Part shown: positions 1 to 14,790 of the stretch, piece after piece
Layout: the number at the start of each line of letters is the position of its first letter
Numbering within the stretch: the stretch's first letter is position 1
NCBI RefSeq assembly: GCF_031769215.1
Contig: NW_026781901.1
Location: forward strand, 868,001 to 932,000
DNA: 64,000 nt
Direction: 5' to 3'
Source of the DNA: Ylistrum balloti
Taxonomy: Eukaryota
Made by a program: the position numbers and the translations under genes
The notes under the pieces: model-generated
Seen by the model: only the letters and a program-made list of their open reading frames with translations
Databases searched by the model: none
Told to the model about the DNA's origin: nothing

Positions 1-2114
1 TAGCATGTCCTCGTGGGACCCTCAGTCCGACTTAATTCCACGCACTATTATCACTCATAGACAAAATAGACGTAGTATTTGACAGATATGCTGTGATATT
101 GTATGGCGAATTCCAGTAGTACACATGATGAATTTATTTCGTCTGTAAACGATGCACAACCGATTCTCATATCCCATAAATGTCATGAAAAGATTCCTCA
201 TGGGCGCCGAGAGCCGATTGGTCCCTTATCGACAAGCTGTACAATGACACTGCTTCCTCTAGTTGGATGACAGAACTCTCAATGCAAGTAAAATAATCCT
301 TATACTCATCTGTAACGTCCAAATCCCTCCTCCCGTATGGATTAGATCGGAACATAAGAAACACATGCTTACTTCAACTTAGTTCAATAGTATAACACAC
401 GCTTCTTTCCTTACACTCCATCCCGCAAAGCCTAACCAGAAACCGCTCATTGGTAGACAAATTAAGTAGACAAATTCATCTCACTCTATGATAGCTCAAA
501 CAGGTAAATGGTTTCTCTTAAACTCTCATTTGTTTACTGTTAACTAAATTGCACAAATAACGTTTCTTTCGTTATATTGTGTCGAGACTGCAGTGTTTGG
601 AATCAGCTTATCCCCATAACAGGATATTTATCCCGTGGTATATATAGTCTGTCACAATCTCGATAACAGGCAAGTTCGTTGATGCATGCCGCGAAACGTC
701 TAAGTACGCGACAGGGCCCTGCCCGTCAAGTATATAGGTTTTAGCTAGTACGCAGCATATAGGGACAGATTACAGAGTCCGATATGAAAAAAATAACCTT
801 TGACTGACTGAGAGGCTATAAAAATACTGTATTGGTAGGTGATCGTGTTTTAAGGGGAAAAGAGATGGGGGATAGACTGCCGTGCCGGGGCCAGCATGGC
901 ACTGGTATCGGCTCTTTGTAGCGGTGAATATTTTATTTGTCTTATTGGTTCCAAAACTAAAGAGTTATTCAAATGCGAGTTTAAATGGTAAAAGCATGAC
1001 CTCGATTTAATGATGTGTATACATAATTTAAAGTAAATCACTTACTTAAGTAGGTTGAATTGAAATATGTGTTGTTTGAGTTCACACTGCTACAACAAAT
1101 GCGCGTGCCTTATCGCTGTAATGACGAAGGACAACACGTGCGTGTTGCTCGGTGATTTTCCCCATGTTGATCTAATTCAAAATTAAACTTTACACGAGTC
1201 TCTTCTTACACATAGACGATATATATGTTATCAAATGCCATCATAATTTTTAAATGACCTCGTTACGCAATTTACGATAGTAAAAGAAATCGTACTTCTC
1301 ATACGTGATAAAGGGGTAGACATGCTCAACCAGTTCCTATACAGCACAAAGGAGATACACCGCTTCTACAAAAAGCCGACGGAAAACCCCAAAAGTGTTC
1401 CCCTGTCCCCCTCGTGCCATTCAGCTATCTAAAGTGCATTACATTGATATTATTCAACAGAAATCAAACAAAATGTTAATATGTGTTTTTGCATTTAGGA
1501 GAAAAGGTATTGAATTAGTGACATGTAAATCATTTAGACCAATATTGTAAAACTTCCGTTTGCATGTGCCTGAATAGTGAGGCGCGTTCGTATACATTCA
1601 CGTTTTCAAACCTTGTTTGATATACACAGTGCAATTGTCTGATTTCCTTCTAGGTCTATTGACACTAGCCAGTATTTAAACGATTTTAGAATACGGTCTT
1701 CAATATGAAGACCAGGTGTGAGATTTATATTACCTTTACTTCAATACACTAACATGTATATATGAAACGCTGGTGCAGAGAGTGTTTGCAGTTCTCATCA
1801 ATCTAATCAAACACAATTTTAAACTCCTCTTTATTGAAGGAACTTGTGTGAGAAAGTTTCAAAATTTTATTCATACGAGTTTTTTTTATATAAATTACGA
1901 TGGCATATTTCAATTATCATTATTACTGTTATTTTATCACTTGTTCACCTAGAGAAGGTGAACTAATACTGACTCTGATTATCAATCCGTTGTATCTGCT
2001 ATCGTATCCTAATTCAGTTGGATGTGATATCTTATATCTTATTTGTCATTTGGACGAGTGTAGGATTTTTTTTATCCCATAACTAAATCCTTATTATTTC
2101 CCAAGAGCAAACAT

Positions 2115-2230
2115 GTGACGTCATTCATTTAGGACGTAACCACACTGATTCCATTGTGTGACATCATTCATTTATGACGTCACCACATTTATTCCTTTGT
2201 GTGACATCATTCCTTTTTGAAGTCACCGTA
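2115..2230. repeat. Short tandem repeat, 43-bp unit, about 2.6 copies, with two TGACGTCA (CRE-type) palindromes
   Basis: GTGAC(G/A)TCATTC recurs at 2115, 2158 and 2201. TGACGTCA is at 2116-2123 and 2175-2182. Confidence 0.75.
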
Positions 2231-4689
2231 GTGTTGCCTTCTAGTTGTGTGACCTTTTTGCAAGTACGAACTGTATAATTGAATTGTTTTTCGCATTAAA
2301 CTGCTTTCAGTTGGCATTCATGAGCAAATGAATCCCAACTGGATAAGTGCAAATTTAATGAAGCGCATTTGGTGACTTTACCTGTATCCAGCTAGCATTC
2401 ATATTGCCCATGAATGCCAAAGAAAAACAGTCCAAAGCTTATATTGACAATTTATAATTTTTGTTTTAACGAGAGGTACAATCTAACATCGCTGACAGCA
2501 CATCAGCTGGTAATACACGACTCACTACTGGTAGGGTTACACAGTAGCAATTTCATACCATGGTAAATATTTTTATAAACATTTTATTTATTTATTTTTT
2601 ATAAATATTTTGTGATGTTAAATGTGTCTTATCATAAACAAACAAATTTATATTTGACCGCTATAAACACAGAATATGATTTCGTTTTCCAATGACCTTT
2701 TATAAAGAAACTTGTATCAAATATACACTTTGTCTTTCATTCTTACGAAGGAAGGGCATTTTTCTTTTGTAATGATCCCCGAATCGTTCTGATATCCACA
2801 ATGGTTGATTTGCACTTGAATGTATTTTCCGATTATATTTTTCGGAAACGCTTTACACAAACTTGTGACATTTCATGACCCAGTGGCTGCCAGGAGACAT
2901 TTTAATGAATAATTGTATTTTTTATAATCAAAAGGACGCAATGACTTTCACAAATTCGTTCGAAAATCAACGAAACACTTAAAGATTCAAATTTACGGCC
3001 ACAAGTGTCAAAGATAAGATTTCTGTCGTACCCGTAAAATATCTTTGAAGTCGTATAAAATTTCCGTGAAAGTCAAGCTGCCATCACTAGAAGTAGGGGG
3101 CTGAGGAGCTTGGCCGATTGTTGTACCGACAGCATAAATTGATTTTGGACAGGACACGCTAGAGTGAACAACTTAGACTGTACAAATGGCGCTGTTTTGT
3201 TTTTTGGGGTTTTTTTCATCGTAGCGACAAGACGAAAACGCGAAATAAGCCACAGTGGAGACGATGTATCATTGGTCCAGGAAAACGAGTGTTTGTAATT
3301 AAGTAAGGACGAAAACTGATTGAAATGGTTTCATTTGTGTGACTTAACTAGACATACAGATTTAGAACGGATAGCCATGCTTATCGTTATTGAATTTTTA
3401 AAAAATGCAGTGTCTATGAAAGTTTGTATAGAATAATACCACGTGTCGTGGGTGATATTTAAAGTGCAGCAAATGTGTTTTCAAATAAGCAAATAGATCT
3501 ACCTTCGTTATATGTGAATAAATTATTAACGTTGGCCCGACCTTGTACTAGTCAGTAATCAAACACTAGAAGGAGGTCCATGGATCGAGAACAGAAAAAA
3601 TAGAAGGAATGCAGGTACAGGTGATTATACATCTGATAAGGGCAAGTGCAGAAATTCTGCACACAGATCTACAAAGTGAAAAAAGTGACTGGATTATTTA
3701 GGTCTGGAAAACGTTTGAAACGACACGTGGCACCCTATTTATATCTGTACAACATTCGGCAGGGATTTTAGTTTTGTTGTACCGGAAGCCAAATTACCAC
3801 CAGTCCCATCTCGTGCTCAGCAATGTTTCAAACGTGCTACTGATTATGATCACTCAATATTAATTTTGGGTCAATTAGCAATGAATTCCAAGCGTTTAAG
3901 GGTCCCAGGAGAATAATAGGTTTCCGACAGAGCACCATATACTTGACTTGCTAATGAGAAAGTTTTTCGTTCCAGCAGACTGTCCCGGCCGTCTGAGTGG
4001 ATTCGTAAAACAGACAAATGAAAAAGTAATCTAAAACACCAGGAAACAGAGCTAGGAATCGGTAGGTCCTCCGTTCAGACGTGATCAGGCGTTGGAACCA
4101 GCTTGCGCAGGAGCGAGCACAATTGGACAGGGAACGCCAGGAACGTGTCTAGCAAGACCGACGCACGTCTTCACGTCATTGGGGAGGCTCTCTATAAATT
4201 TATCCCAAAGTAAAAACATGTAACGCTACATCTGTTTACTAAACTGTGTCTGTAGAGTTTGTTACAATGTTCTGAATTCATTGCTCAGTGTATGTACACG
4301 GCGTTATTAGCGAATGCCTTTTTCCTACCTGAGTATTACTGTCGTAATAATAAGTATTTCCGAAATTAAGAATCTACTATTGTTTTCTGGTGCATCAGTT
4401 AATTAAGAACCAAAGTCACTACTAAGTCTAACCTTATCAAAAACGTCATTTCATAAGATTCACCGTCGCGTGATGTATCGATAATTAAAGGTCAAGGTCA
4501 CTATATTCTCAAATTTTACAAATGGCAATGTTATATCTCTCTCTGAAATCCTCAACCAAATGGCATGGCGCCAGATAACCTGAGACTAACCCCAAACATT
4601 GTCACAGTAAATATATGCAGGGCGAAATGGACACAAAGTCAGAAATTCTTTGATATTTACATGATCTCTTGCGCTATAGCATTATGGTT

Positions 4690-7600
4690 TGGAGTTGGCA
4701 ACTGTCAGCCTTTCAATCCGAAGGATCACTCACAGATCACCAATCCTAACGTCAACTGACAATTCTCCAGTCAGAAGACAACTGCCAGGACAAAAACCAT
4801 AAGACAGGTGAGAGTTCATCAGTCTGTGCGACAAAATGACCGCTAATCACTCTTAATGATAAATAACAGTCAACCAATCCTGACGACAATCGACAATCAC
4901 AACGGCAGATAACAATCCTACAAATAAAACACTCTTAACTACGACTGACAGATCAGCAATCCTTACGGCCATTGCAACCGACCAAGTCGTACGAAAAATG
5001 ACAGCCTATTTAACCTAGCGACAACTCAATGTAAAGCAAACCTAACGACAACTAACAGTGACCCAAACCTAAGAACAACTGACAGTATCTATTCTAACGA
5101 CAAATGACAGTCCACCACTCTTAACGACCACTGACAGTCCACCACTCCTAACGACAACTGACAGTCCACCACTCCTAACGACCACTGACAGTCCACCACT
5201 TCTAACGACAACTGACAGCCCACCACTCCTAACGACAACTGACAGTCCACCACTCCTAACGACAACTGACAGTCCACCACTCCTAACGACAACTGACAGT
5301 CCACCATTTCTAACGACAAATGACAGTCCACCACTCCTAACGACAACTGACAGTCCACCACTCCTAACGACAACTGACAGTCCACCATTTCTAACGACAA
5401 ATGACAGTCCACCACTCCTAACGACAACTGACAGTCCACCATTTCTAACGACAAATGACAGTCCACCACTTCACCACTCCTCCACCATTTCTGACAACTG
5501 ACAGTCCACCACAGTCCACCATTTCTAACGACAAATGACAGTTCACCACTCCTAATGACAACTGACAGTCCACCACTCTAAAATACAACTGACAGTCCAC
5601 CACTCTTAACGACAACTGACAGTTCACCAGTCATAACGATAATTGAGAGTCCACCAGTCCTTACGTAAACTGAAAGTCCATTAATCCTTACGACAATTGA
5701 CAGTTCACCAGTCCTATCGACAACACATTTGTAACGACTCTACACATATATGTAATTATAACAACACAAAACAATATTATCCTAACGACACCTGACTGGA
5801 TACCTATCCTAAGAAGAAATGAACGTCCACTAATCATAACGACAACTGACAATAAACCAATCCTAACGAAAACTAACAGTACAACAATCCTAGCCATAAC
5901 TGACGTTACAACAATTCTAACGATAACTGACAGTACAGCAATCCTAACTATACATACAGCAATCCTAACGACAACTGACAGTACAACAATCCTAACGATA
6001 ACTGACAGTACAACAATCCTAACGAGAACTGACAGTAAAACAATCCTAACGATAACTGACAGTACAACAGTCCTAACGATAACTGACAGTAAAACAATCC
6101 TAACGATAACTGACAGTGCAACAATCCTAATGATAACTGACAATACAACAATCCTAATGATAACTGACAGTACAACAATCCTAACGATAACTGACAGTAC
6201 ATCAATCCTAACGATAACTGAAAGTACAACAATCCTAACGATAACTGATAGTACAGAAATTATAACGATAACTTACAGTACAACAATCCTAACGATAACT
6301 AACAGTACAACAATCCTAATGATAACTGACAGTACAACAGTCCTAACGATAACTGACAGTACAACAATCCTAACGATAACTGAAAGTACATCAATCCTAA
6401 CGATAACTGATAGTACAACAATCCTAACGATAACTGATAGTACAGAAATCATAACGATAACTTACAGTACAACAATCCTAACGATAACTAACAGTACAAC
6501 AATCCTAATGATAACTGAAAGTACAACAATCCTAACGATAACTGATAGTACAGAAATTATAACGATAACTTACAGTACAACAATCCTAATGATAACTAAC
6601 AGTACAGCAATCCTAACGATAACTGAAAGTACAACAATCCTAACGATAACTGATAGTACAACAATCCTAACGATAACTGATAGTACAACAATCCTAACGA
6701 CAACTGATAGTACATAAATCCTAACGATACATCCAACAATCCTAACGACAACTGATAGTACAATAATCCTATAGACAACTGACAGTACAACAATCCTAAC
6801 GATAACTGACAGTACAACAATCCTAACGATAACTGACAGTACAACAATCCTAACGATAACTGATAGTACAACAATCCTAACGATAACTGACAGTACAACA
6901 ATCCTAACGATAACTGATAGTACAACAATCCTAACGATAACTGATAGTACAACAATCCTAACGATAACTGACAGTACATCAATCCTAACGATAACTGACA
7001 GTAAAACAGTACTAACGATAACTGACAGTACAGAATTCTAATTACTGACAGTAGCAATCCTACCGATACATACAACAATCCTGACGACAACTGACTGTAC
7101 ACCAATCCTAACAATAACTGACAGTACAACAATCCTAACGATTATTGACAGTACAACAATCCTAACGATAACTGACAGTACAACAATCCTAACGATAACT
7201 GATAGTACAACAATCCTAACGATAACTGACAGTACAACAGTCGGAACGATAACTGATAGTACAACAATCCTAACGATAACTGACAGTACATCAATCCTAA
7301 CGATAACTGACATTACAACAATCCTAACGATAACTGACAGTACAACAGTCGGAACGATAACTGATAGTACAACAATCCTAACGATAACTGACAGTCCACC
7401 ACTTCTAACGACAACTGACAGTCCACCACTCCTAACGACAACTGACAGTCCACCACTCCTAACGACAACTGACAGTCCACCACTCCTAACGACAACTGAC
7501 AGTCCACCATTTCTAACGACAAATGACAGTCCACCACTCCTAACGACAACTGACAGTCCACCACTCCTAACGACAACTGACAGTCCACCATTTCTAACGA

Positions 7601-8580
7601 CAAATGACAGTCCACCACTCCTAACGACAACTGACAGTCCACCATTTCTAACGACAAATGACAGTTCACCACTCCTAATGACAACTGACAGTCCACCACT
7701 CTTAAATACAACTGACAGTCCACCACTCTTAACGAAAACTGACAGTTCACCAGTCATAACGATAATTGAGAGTCCACCAGTCCTTACGTAAACTGAAAGT
7801 CCATTAATCCTTACGACAATTGACAGTTCACCAATCCTATCGACAACATATTTGTAACGACTCTACACATATATGTAATTATAACAACACAAAACAATAT
7901 TATCCTAACGACACCTGACTGGATACCTATCCTAATAAGAAATGAACGTCCACTAACCATAACGACAACTGACAATAAACCAATCCTAACGAAAACTAAC
8001 AGTACAACAATCCTAGCCATAACTGACGTTACAACAATTCTAACGATAACTGACAGTACAGCAATCCTAACTATACATACAGCAATCCTAACGACAACTG
8101 ACAGTACAACAATCCTAACGACAACTGACAGTACAACAATCCTAACGACAACTGACATTACAACAATTCTAACGATAACTGACAGTAAAACAGTACTAAC
8201 GATAACTGACAGTACAATACTCCTAACGATAACTGACAGTACAACAATCCTAACGATAACTGACAGTACAACAATCCTAACGATAACTGACAGTACAACA
8301 ATCCTAACGATAACTGACAGTACAACAGTCCGAACGATAACTGACAGTACAACAATCCTAAAGACAACTGACAGTACAACAATCCTAACGATAACTGACA
8401 GTACAACAATCCTAACGATAACTGATAGTACAACAATCCTACCGATAACTGATAGTACAACAATCCTAACGATAACTGACAGTACATCAATCCTAACGAT
8501 AACTGACAGTAAAACAGTACTAACGATAACTGACAGTACAGAATTCTAATTACTGACAGTAGCAATCCTACCGATAACTG
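4690..8580. repeat. 27-bp minisatellite, subfamilies A (ACGACAACTGACAGTCCACCACTCCTA) and B (ACGATAACTGACAGTACAACAATCCTA), arranged as a roughly 2.1-kb duplicated block
   Basis: A units lie at about 5090-5620 and 7395-7745, B units at about 5960-7395 and 8090-8580. The same degenerate linker (TCATAACGATAATTGAGAG...) occurs at 5631 and 7754. Degenerate units run back to about 4690. Confidence 0.95.
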
Positions 8581-8989
8581 ACAGTAACGACACAGTAAAG
8601 TAAATAAATTATGTAGTCAAGTGATAGTCAACTAGTCCTAACAACAAATGACAGTCCATTTACCCTAATGACAATTGAACTCGGCGTACAACACCCAATT
8701 ATGTTCAAAATCAGTTTAAACGTTCTCCGACGTTGAGACAATTATACCATAAGAAGACGGACTCACAGCTACACAATTTGTACAATTTAAATGACACTAC
8801 AAAATCTCATACCATAACGACAACGTCAATCTGTCCTAGCGGCAAGTGACAGACCAAAAGCACTGAAAATGAAAATGGAATAATAGAGCTCTAACGATAA
8901 CTGACAATTTCTCAAGCATAACAAAAACTTACAGAATAACAAACATAACAGCACCTTCCATGACACCAGTCCTGACAGCAACATCCAGG

Positions 8990-9720
8990 ACACCTACCCT
9001 AACGGCAACTGACAGTGCACCAATCCTAACGGCAACTGACAGTCCACCAACCCTAACGGCAACTGACAGTCCACCAATCCTAACGGCAACTGACAGTCCA
9101 CCAATCCTAACGGCAACTGACAGTCCACCAATCCTAACGGCAACTGACAGTCCACCAATCCTAACGGCAACTGACAGTCCACCAATCCTAACGGCAACTG
9201 ACAGTCCACCAATCCTAACGGCAACTGACAGTCCACTAATCCTAACGGCAACTGACAGTCCACCAATCCTAACGGCAACTGACAGTCCACCAACCCTAAC
9301 GGCAACTGACAGTCCATCAACCCTAACGGCAACTAAAAGATCACCAGTACTACCGGCAACTGACAGTCCACCAATCCTAACGGCAACTGACAGTCAACGA
9401 AACCTAACGGCAACTGACAATCTACCAGTCCTGATGGCCACTGACAGTCAAGCAATCCTAACGGCAATTGCCAGTCCACCAATCCTTACGGCAACTGAGA
9501 GCCAACGAAACCTAACGGCAACAGACAATCCACGAAACCTAACGGCAACTGACAGTCCACCAATCCTAAAGGGAATTGACAGTCCACCAATCCTAACGGC
9601 AATTGCCACTCCACCAATAGTAACGGCAACTTACAGTCAACGAAACCTAACGGCAACTGACAATCTACCAGTCCTGATGGCCACTGACAGTCCATAAGTC
9701 CTAATGGCAACTTACAGTTA
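8990..9720. repeat. 27-bp minisatellite subfamily C (ACGGCAACTGACAGTCCACCAATCCTA; plus frame PILTATDSP)
   Basis: Near-identical tandem units from 9000 to 9330, then diverged units. The ORF 8960-9697 is this repeat. Confidence 0.95.
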
Positions 9721-9739
9721 ACCACTTCCAATCGCAACT

Positions 9740-12700
9740 GAAAGTCTCACAATTTTCACGACACTAGACAGTCTAACAAAAATAACGACACTAGACAGTC
9801 TCACAAATATCACGACACTAAACAGTCTCACAAATATAACGACACTAGACAGTCTCACAAATATAGCGACACTAGACAGTCTCACAAATATAGCGACACT
9901 AGACAGTCTCACAAATATAGCGACACTAGACAGTCTCACAAATATAGCGACACTAGACAGTCTGACAACTATGAAGACACTAGACAGTCTAACAAAAGTA
10001 TCGACACTAGAAAGTCTAACAAGAATAACGACACTAGACAGTCTCACAACTATAACGACACCAAACAGTCTAATAACTATAACGCCATTACACAGTCTCA
10101 CAAATATAACGACACTAGATAGTCTTACAACTATAACGACACTAGACAGTCTCACAAATATACCGACACTAGACAGTCTCACAACAATAAGGACAATAGA
10201 CATTATTACAGCTATAACGACACTTAACAGTCTCACAAATATAACGACACTAGACAGTCTTACAATTTTCGCGACACTAGACAGTCTAACAAATATAACG
10301 CCACCAGACATTCTCATAAATATAACGACACTAGACAGTCTCACAAATATAACGACACTAGACAGTCTCACAATTTTCATGACACTAGAGAGTCTAGTAA
10401 AAGTAACGACACTAGACAGTTTAACAAATATAACAATACTAGACAGCCTCACAATTTTCACGACACAAGACAGTCTCACAATTATAACGACACTAGACAG
10501 TCTCACAATTTTCACGACACTAGACAGTCTAACAAACATAACGACACTAGACAGTCTCACACTTATAACGACACTAGACAATCTCACAAATATAACGACA
10601 CTAGACTGTCTCACAAATATAACGACACCAGACAGTCTAACAATTTTCATGACACTAGAGAGTCTAACAAAAGTAACAACACTAGACAGTGTAACAAATA
10701 TAACGACACTAGACAGTCTTACAATTTTCAAGACACTAGACAGTCTCACAAATATATTGACACTAGACAGTTTTACAACTATAACGACACTAGACAGTCT
10801 TACAACTATAACGACACTAGACAGTCTTACAATTTTCAAGACATTAGACAGTCTAACAAAAGTATCGACACTAGAAAGTCTCACAACTATAACGACACTA
10901 GACAGTCTCACAAATATATTGACACTAGACAGTCTCACAACTATAACGACACTAGACAGTCTTACAACTATAACGACACTAGACAGTCTTACAATTTTCA
11001 AGACACTAGACAGTCTAACAAAAGTATCGACACTAGAAAGTCTCACAACTATAACGACACTAGACAGTCTCACAAATATCAAGACACTGGACAGTTTCAC
11101 AACTATATCGACACTAGACAGTCTAACAAATATAACGACACTGGTCAGTGCAAAATTTTCACGACACTAGACAGTCTCACAACTATAACGACACTAAACA
11201 GTCTCACAAATATAACGACACTAGACAGTCTCACAAATATAGCGACACTAGACAGTCTCACAAATATAGCGACACTAGACAGTCTCACAAATATAGCGAC
11301 ACTAGACAGTCTGACAACTATGAAGACACTAGACAGTCTAACAAAAGTATCGACACTAGAAAGTCTAACAAGAATAACGACACTAGACAGTCTCACAACT
11401 ATAACGACACCAAACAGTCTAATAACTATAACGCCATTACACAGTCTCACAAATATAACGACACTAGATAGTCTTACAACTATAACGACACTAGACAGTC
11501 TCACAAATATACCGACACTAGACAGTCTCACAACAATAAGGACAATAGACATTATTACAGCTATAACGACACTTAACAGTCTCACAAATATAACGACACT
11601 AGACAGTCTTACAATTTTCGCGACACTAGACAGTCTAACAAATATAACGCCACCAGACATTCTCATAAATATAACGACACTAGACAGTCTCACAAATATA
11701 ACGACACTAGACAGTATCACAATTTTCATGACACTAGAGAGTCTAGTAAAAGTAACGACACTAGACAGTTTAACAAATATAACAATACTAGACAGCCTCA
11801 CAATTTTCACGACACAAGACAGTCTCACAATTATAACGACACTAGACAGTCTCACAATTTTCACGACACTAGACAGTCTAACAAACATAACGACACTAGA
11901 CAGTCTCACACTTATAACGACACTAGACAATCTCACAAATATAACGACACTAGACTGTCTCACAAATATAACGACACCAGACAGTCTAACAATTTTCATG
12001 ACACTAGAGAGTCTAACAAAAGTAACAACACTAGACAGTGTAACAAATATAACGACACTAGACAGTCTTACAATTTTCAAGACACTAGACAGTCTCACAA
12101 ATATATTGACACTAGACAGTCTTACAACTATAACGACACTAGACAGTCTTACAACTATAACGACACTAGACAGTCTTACAATTTTCAAGACACTAGACAG
12201 TCTAACAAAAGTATCGACACTAGAAAGTCTCACAACTATATTGACACTAGACAGTCTCACAAATATATTGACACTAGACAGTCTTACAATTTTCAAGACA
12301 CTAGACAGTCTCACAAATATATTGACACTAGACAGTCTTACAAATATCACGACACTAGACAGTCTCACAAATATATTGACACTAGACAGTCTTACAAATA
12401 TAGCGACACTAGACAGTCTCACAAATATAGCGACACTAGACAGTCTGACAACTATGAAGACACTAGACAGTCTAACAAAAGTATCGACACTAGAAAGTCT
12501 AACAAGAATAACGACACTAGACAGTCTCACAACTATAACGACACCAAACAGTCTAATAACTATAACGCCATTACACAGTCTCACAAATATAACGACACTA
12601 GATAGTCTTACAACTATAACGACACTAGACAGTCTCACAAATATACCGACACTAGACAGTCTCACAACAATAAGGACAATAGACATTATTACAGCTATAA

Positions 12701-14790
12701 CGACACTTAACAGTCTCACAAATATAACGACACTAGACAGTCTTACAATTTTCGCGACACTAGACAGTCTAACAAATATAACGCCACCAGACATTCTCAT
12801 AAATATAACGACACTAGACAGTCTCACAAATATAACGACACTAGACAGTCTCACAATTTTCATGACACTAGAGAGTCTAGTAAAAGTAACGACACTAGAC
12901 AGTTTAACAAATATAACAATACTAGACAGCCTCACAATTTTCACGACACAAGACAGTCTCACAATTATAACGACACTAGACAGTCTCACAATTTTCACGA
13001 CACTAGACAGTCTAACAAACATAACGACACTAGACAGTCTCACACTTATAACGACACTAGACAATCTCACAAATATAACGACACTAGACTGTCTTACAAC
13101 TATAACGACACTAGACAGTCTTACAATTTTCAAGACACTAGACAGTCTAACAAAAGTATCGGCACTAGAAAGTCTCACAACTATATTGACACTAGACAGT
13201 CTCACAAATATATTGACACTAGACAGTCTCACAACTATAACGACACTAGACAGTCTTACAACTATAACGACACTAGACAGTCTTACAATTTTCAAGACAC
13301 TAGACAGTCTAACAAAAGTATCGACACTAGAAAGTCTCACAACTATAACGACACTAGACAGTCTCACAAATATATTGACACTAGACAGTCTTACAATTTT
13401 CAAGACACTAGACAGTCTCACAAATATATTGACACTAGATAGACTTACAAATATCACGACACTAGACAGTCTCACAACTATAACGACACAACACAGTATC
13501 ACAACTATAACGACACTAGACAGTCTTACAATTTTCAAGACACTAGACAGTCTAACAAAAGTATCGACACTAGAAAGTCTCACAACTATAACGACACTAG
13601 ACAGTCTCACAAATATATTGACACTAGACAGTCTTACAATTTTCAAGACACTAGACAGTCTCACAAATATATTGACACTAGACAGTCTTACAAATATCAC
13701 GACACTAGACAGTCTCACAACTATAACGACACAACACAGTATCACAACTATAACGACACTAGACAGTCTTACAATTTTCAAGACACTAGACAGTCTAACA
13801 AAAGTATCGACACTAGAAAGTCTCACAACTATAACGACACTAGACAGTCTCACAACTATATTGACACTAGAAAGTCTCACAACTATAACGACACTAGACA
13901 GTCTCACAACTATAACAACACTAGACACTCTCACAAATATAACGACACTAGACAGTCTTACAACTATAACGACACTAGAAAGTCTCAAAACTTAACGACA
14001 CTAGACAGTCTCACAACTATAACGACACCAAACAGTCTCACAAATATAACAACACTAGACAGTCTAACAATTTTCAAGACACTAGACAGTCTCACAACTA
14101 TAACGACACCAAACAGTCTCACAAATATAACAACACTAGACAGTCTAACAATTTTCAAGACACTAGACAGTCTCACAACTATAACGATACTAAACAGTCT
14201 CACAACTATAACGACACTAGACAGTCTTACAATTTTCAAGACACTAGACAGTCTAAGAAAAGTATCGACACTAGAAAGTCTCACAACTATAACGACACTA
14301 GAAAGTCTCAAAACTTAACGACACTAGACAGTCTCACAACTATAACGACACCAAACAGTCTCACAAATATAACAACACTAGACAGTCTAACAATTTTCAA
14401 GACACTAGACAGTCTCACAACTATAACGACACCAAACAGTCTCACAAATATAACAACACTAGACAGTCTAACAATTTTCAAGACACTAGACAGTCTCACA
14501 ACTATAACGACACTAGACAGTCTAACAATTTTCAAGACACTAGACAGTCTCACAACTATAACGACACTAGACAGTCTTACAATTTTCAAGACACTAGACA
14601 GTCTAAGAAAAGTATCGACACTAGACAGTCTCACAACTATAACGACACTAGACATTCTTACAACTATAACGACACTAGACATTCTCACAACTATGTTGAC
14701 ACTAGACAGTCTCACAACTATAGCGACACTAGACATTCTCACAACTATAACGACACTAGACAGTCTTACAACTATAGTGACGTTTAACAC
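9740..14790. repeat. 27-bp minisatellite subfamily D (ACGACACTAGACAGTCTCACAAATATA; plus frame TTLDSLTNI), about 185 units with higher-order repeats
   Basis: Continuous tandem units. The diagnostic variant run ATGAAGACACTAGAC...AAAGTATCG recurs at 9971, 11320 and 12454. Confidence 0.97.

Noticed and set aside
167-364. 65-aa minus-strand ORF as an exon
   Set aside because: No recognisable motif or convincing splice sites, and it lies at the window edge.
4565-4759. MISCAIALWFGVGNC as a signal peptide for the mucin-like array
   Set aside because: It is out of frame with the repeat frame, and its second half is itself a degenerate 27-bp unit read in another frame.
9718-13988. Minus-strand hydrophobic ORFs (VVIVVRLSS)n as exons of the minus-strand gene
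   Set aside because: They are the shadow frame of the plus-strand Thr/Ser frame. The composition is implausible for a secreted protein and no matching splice sites were found.
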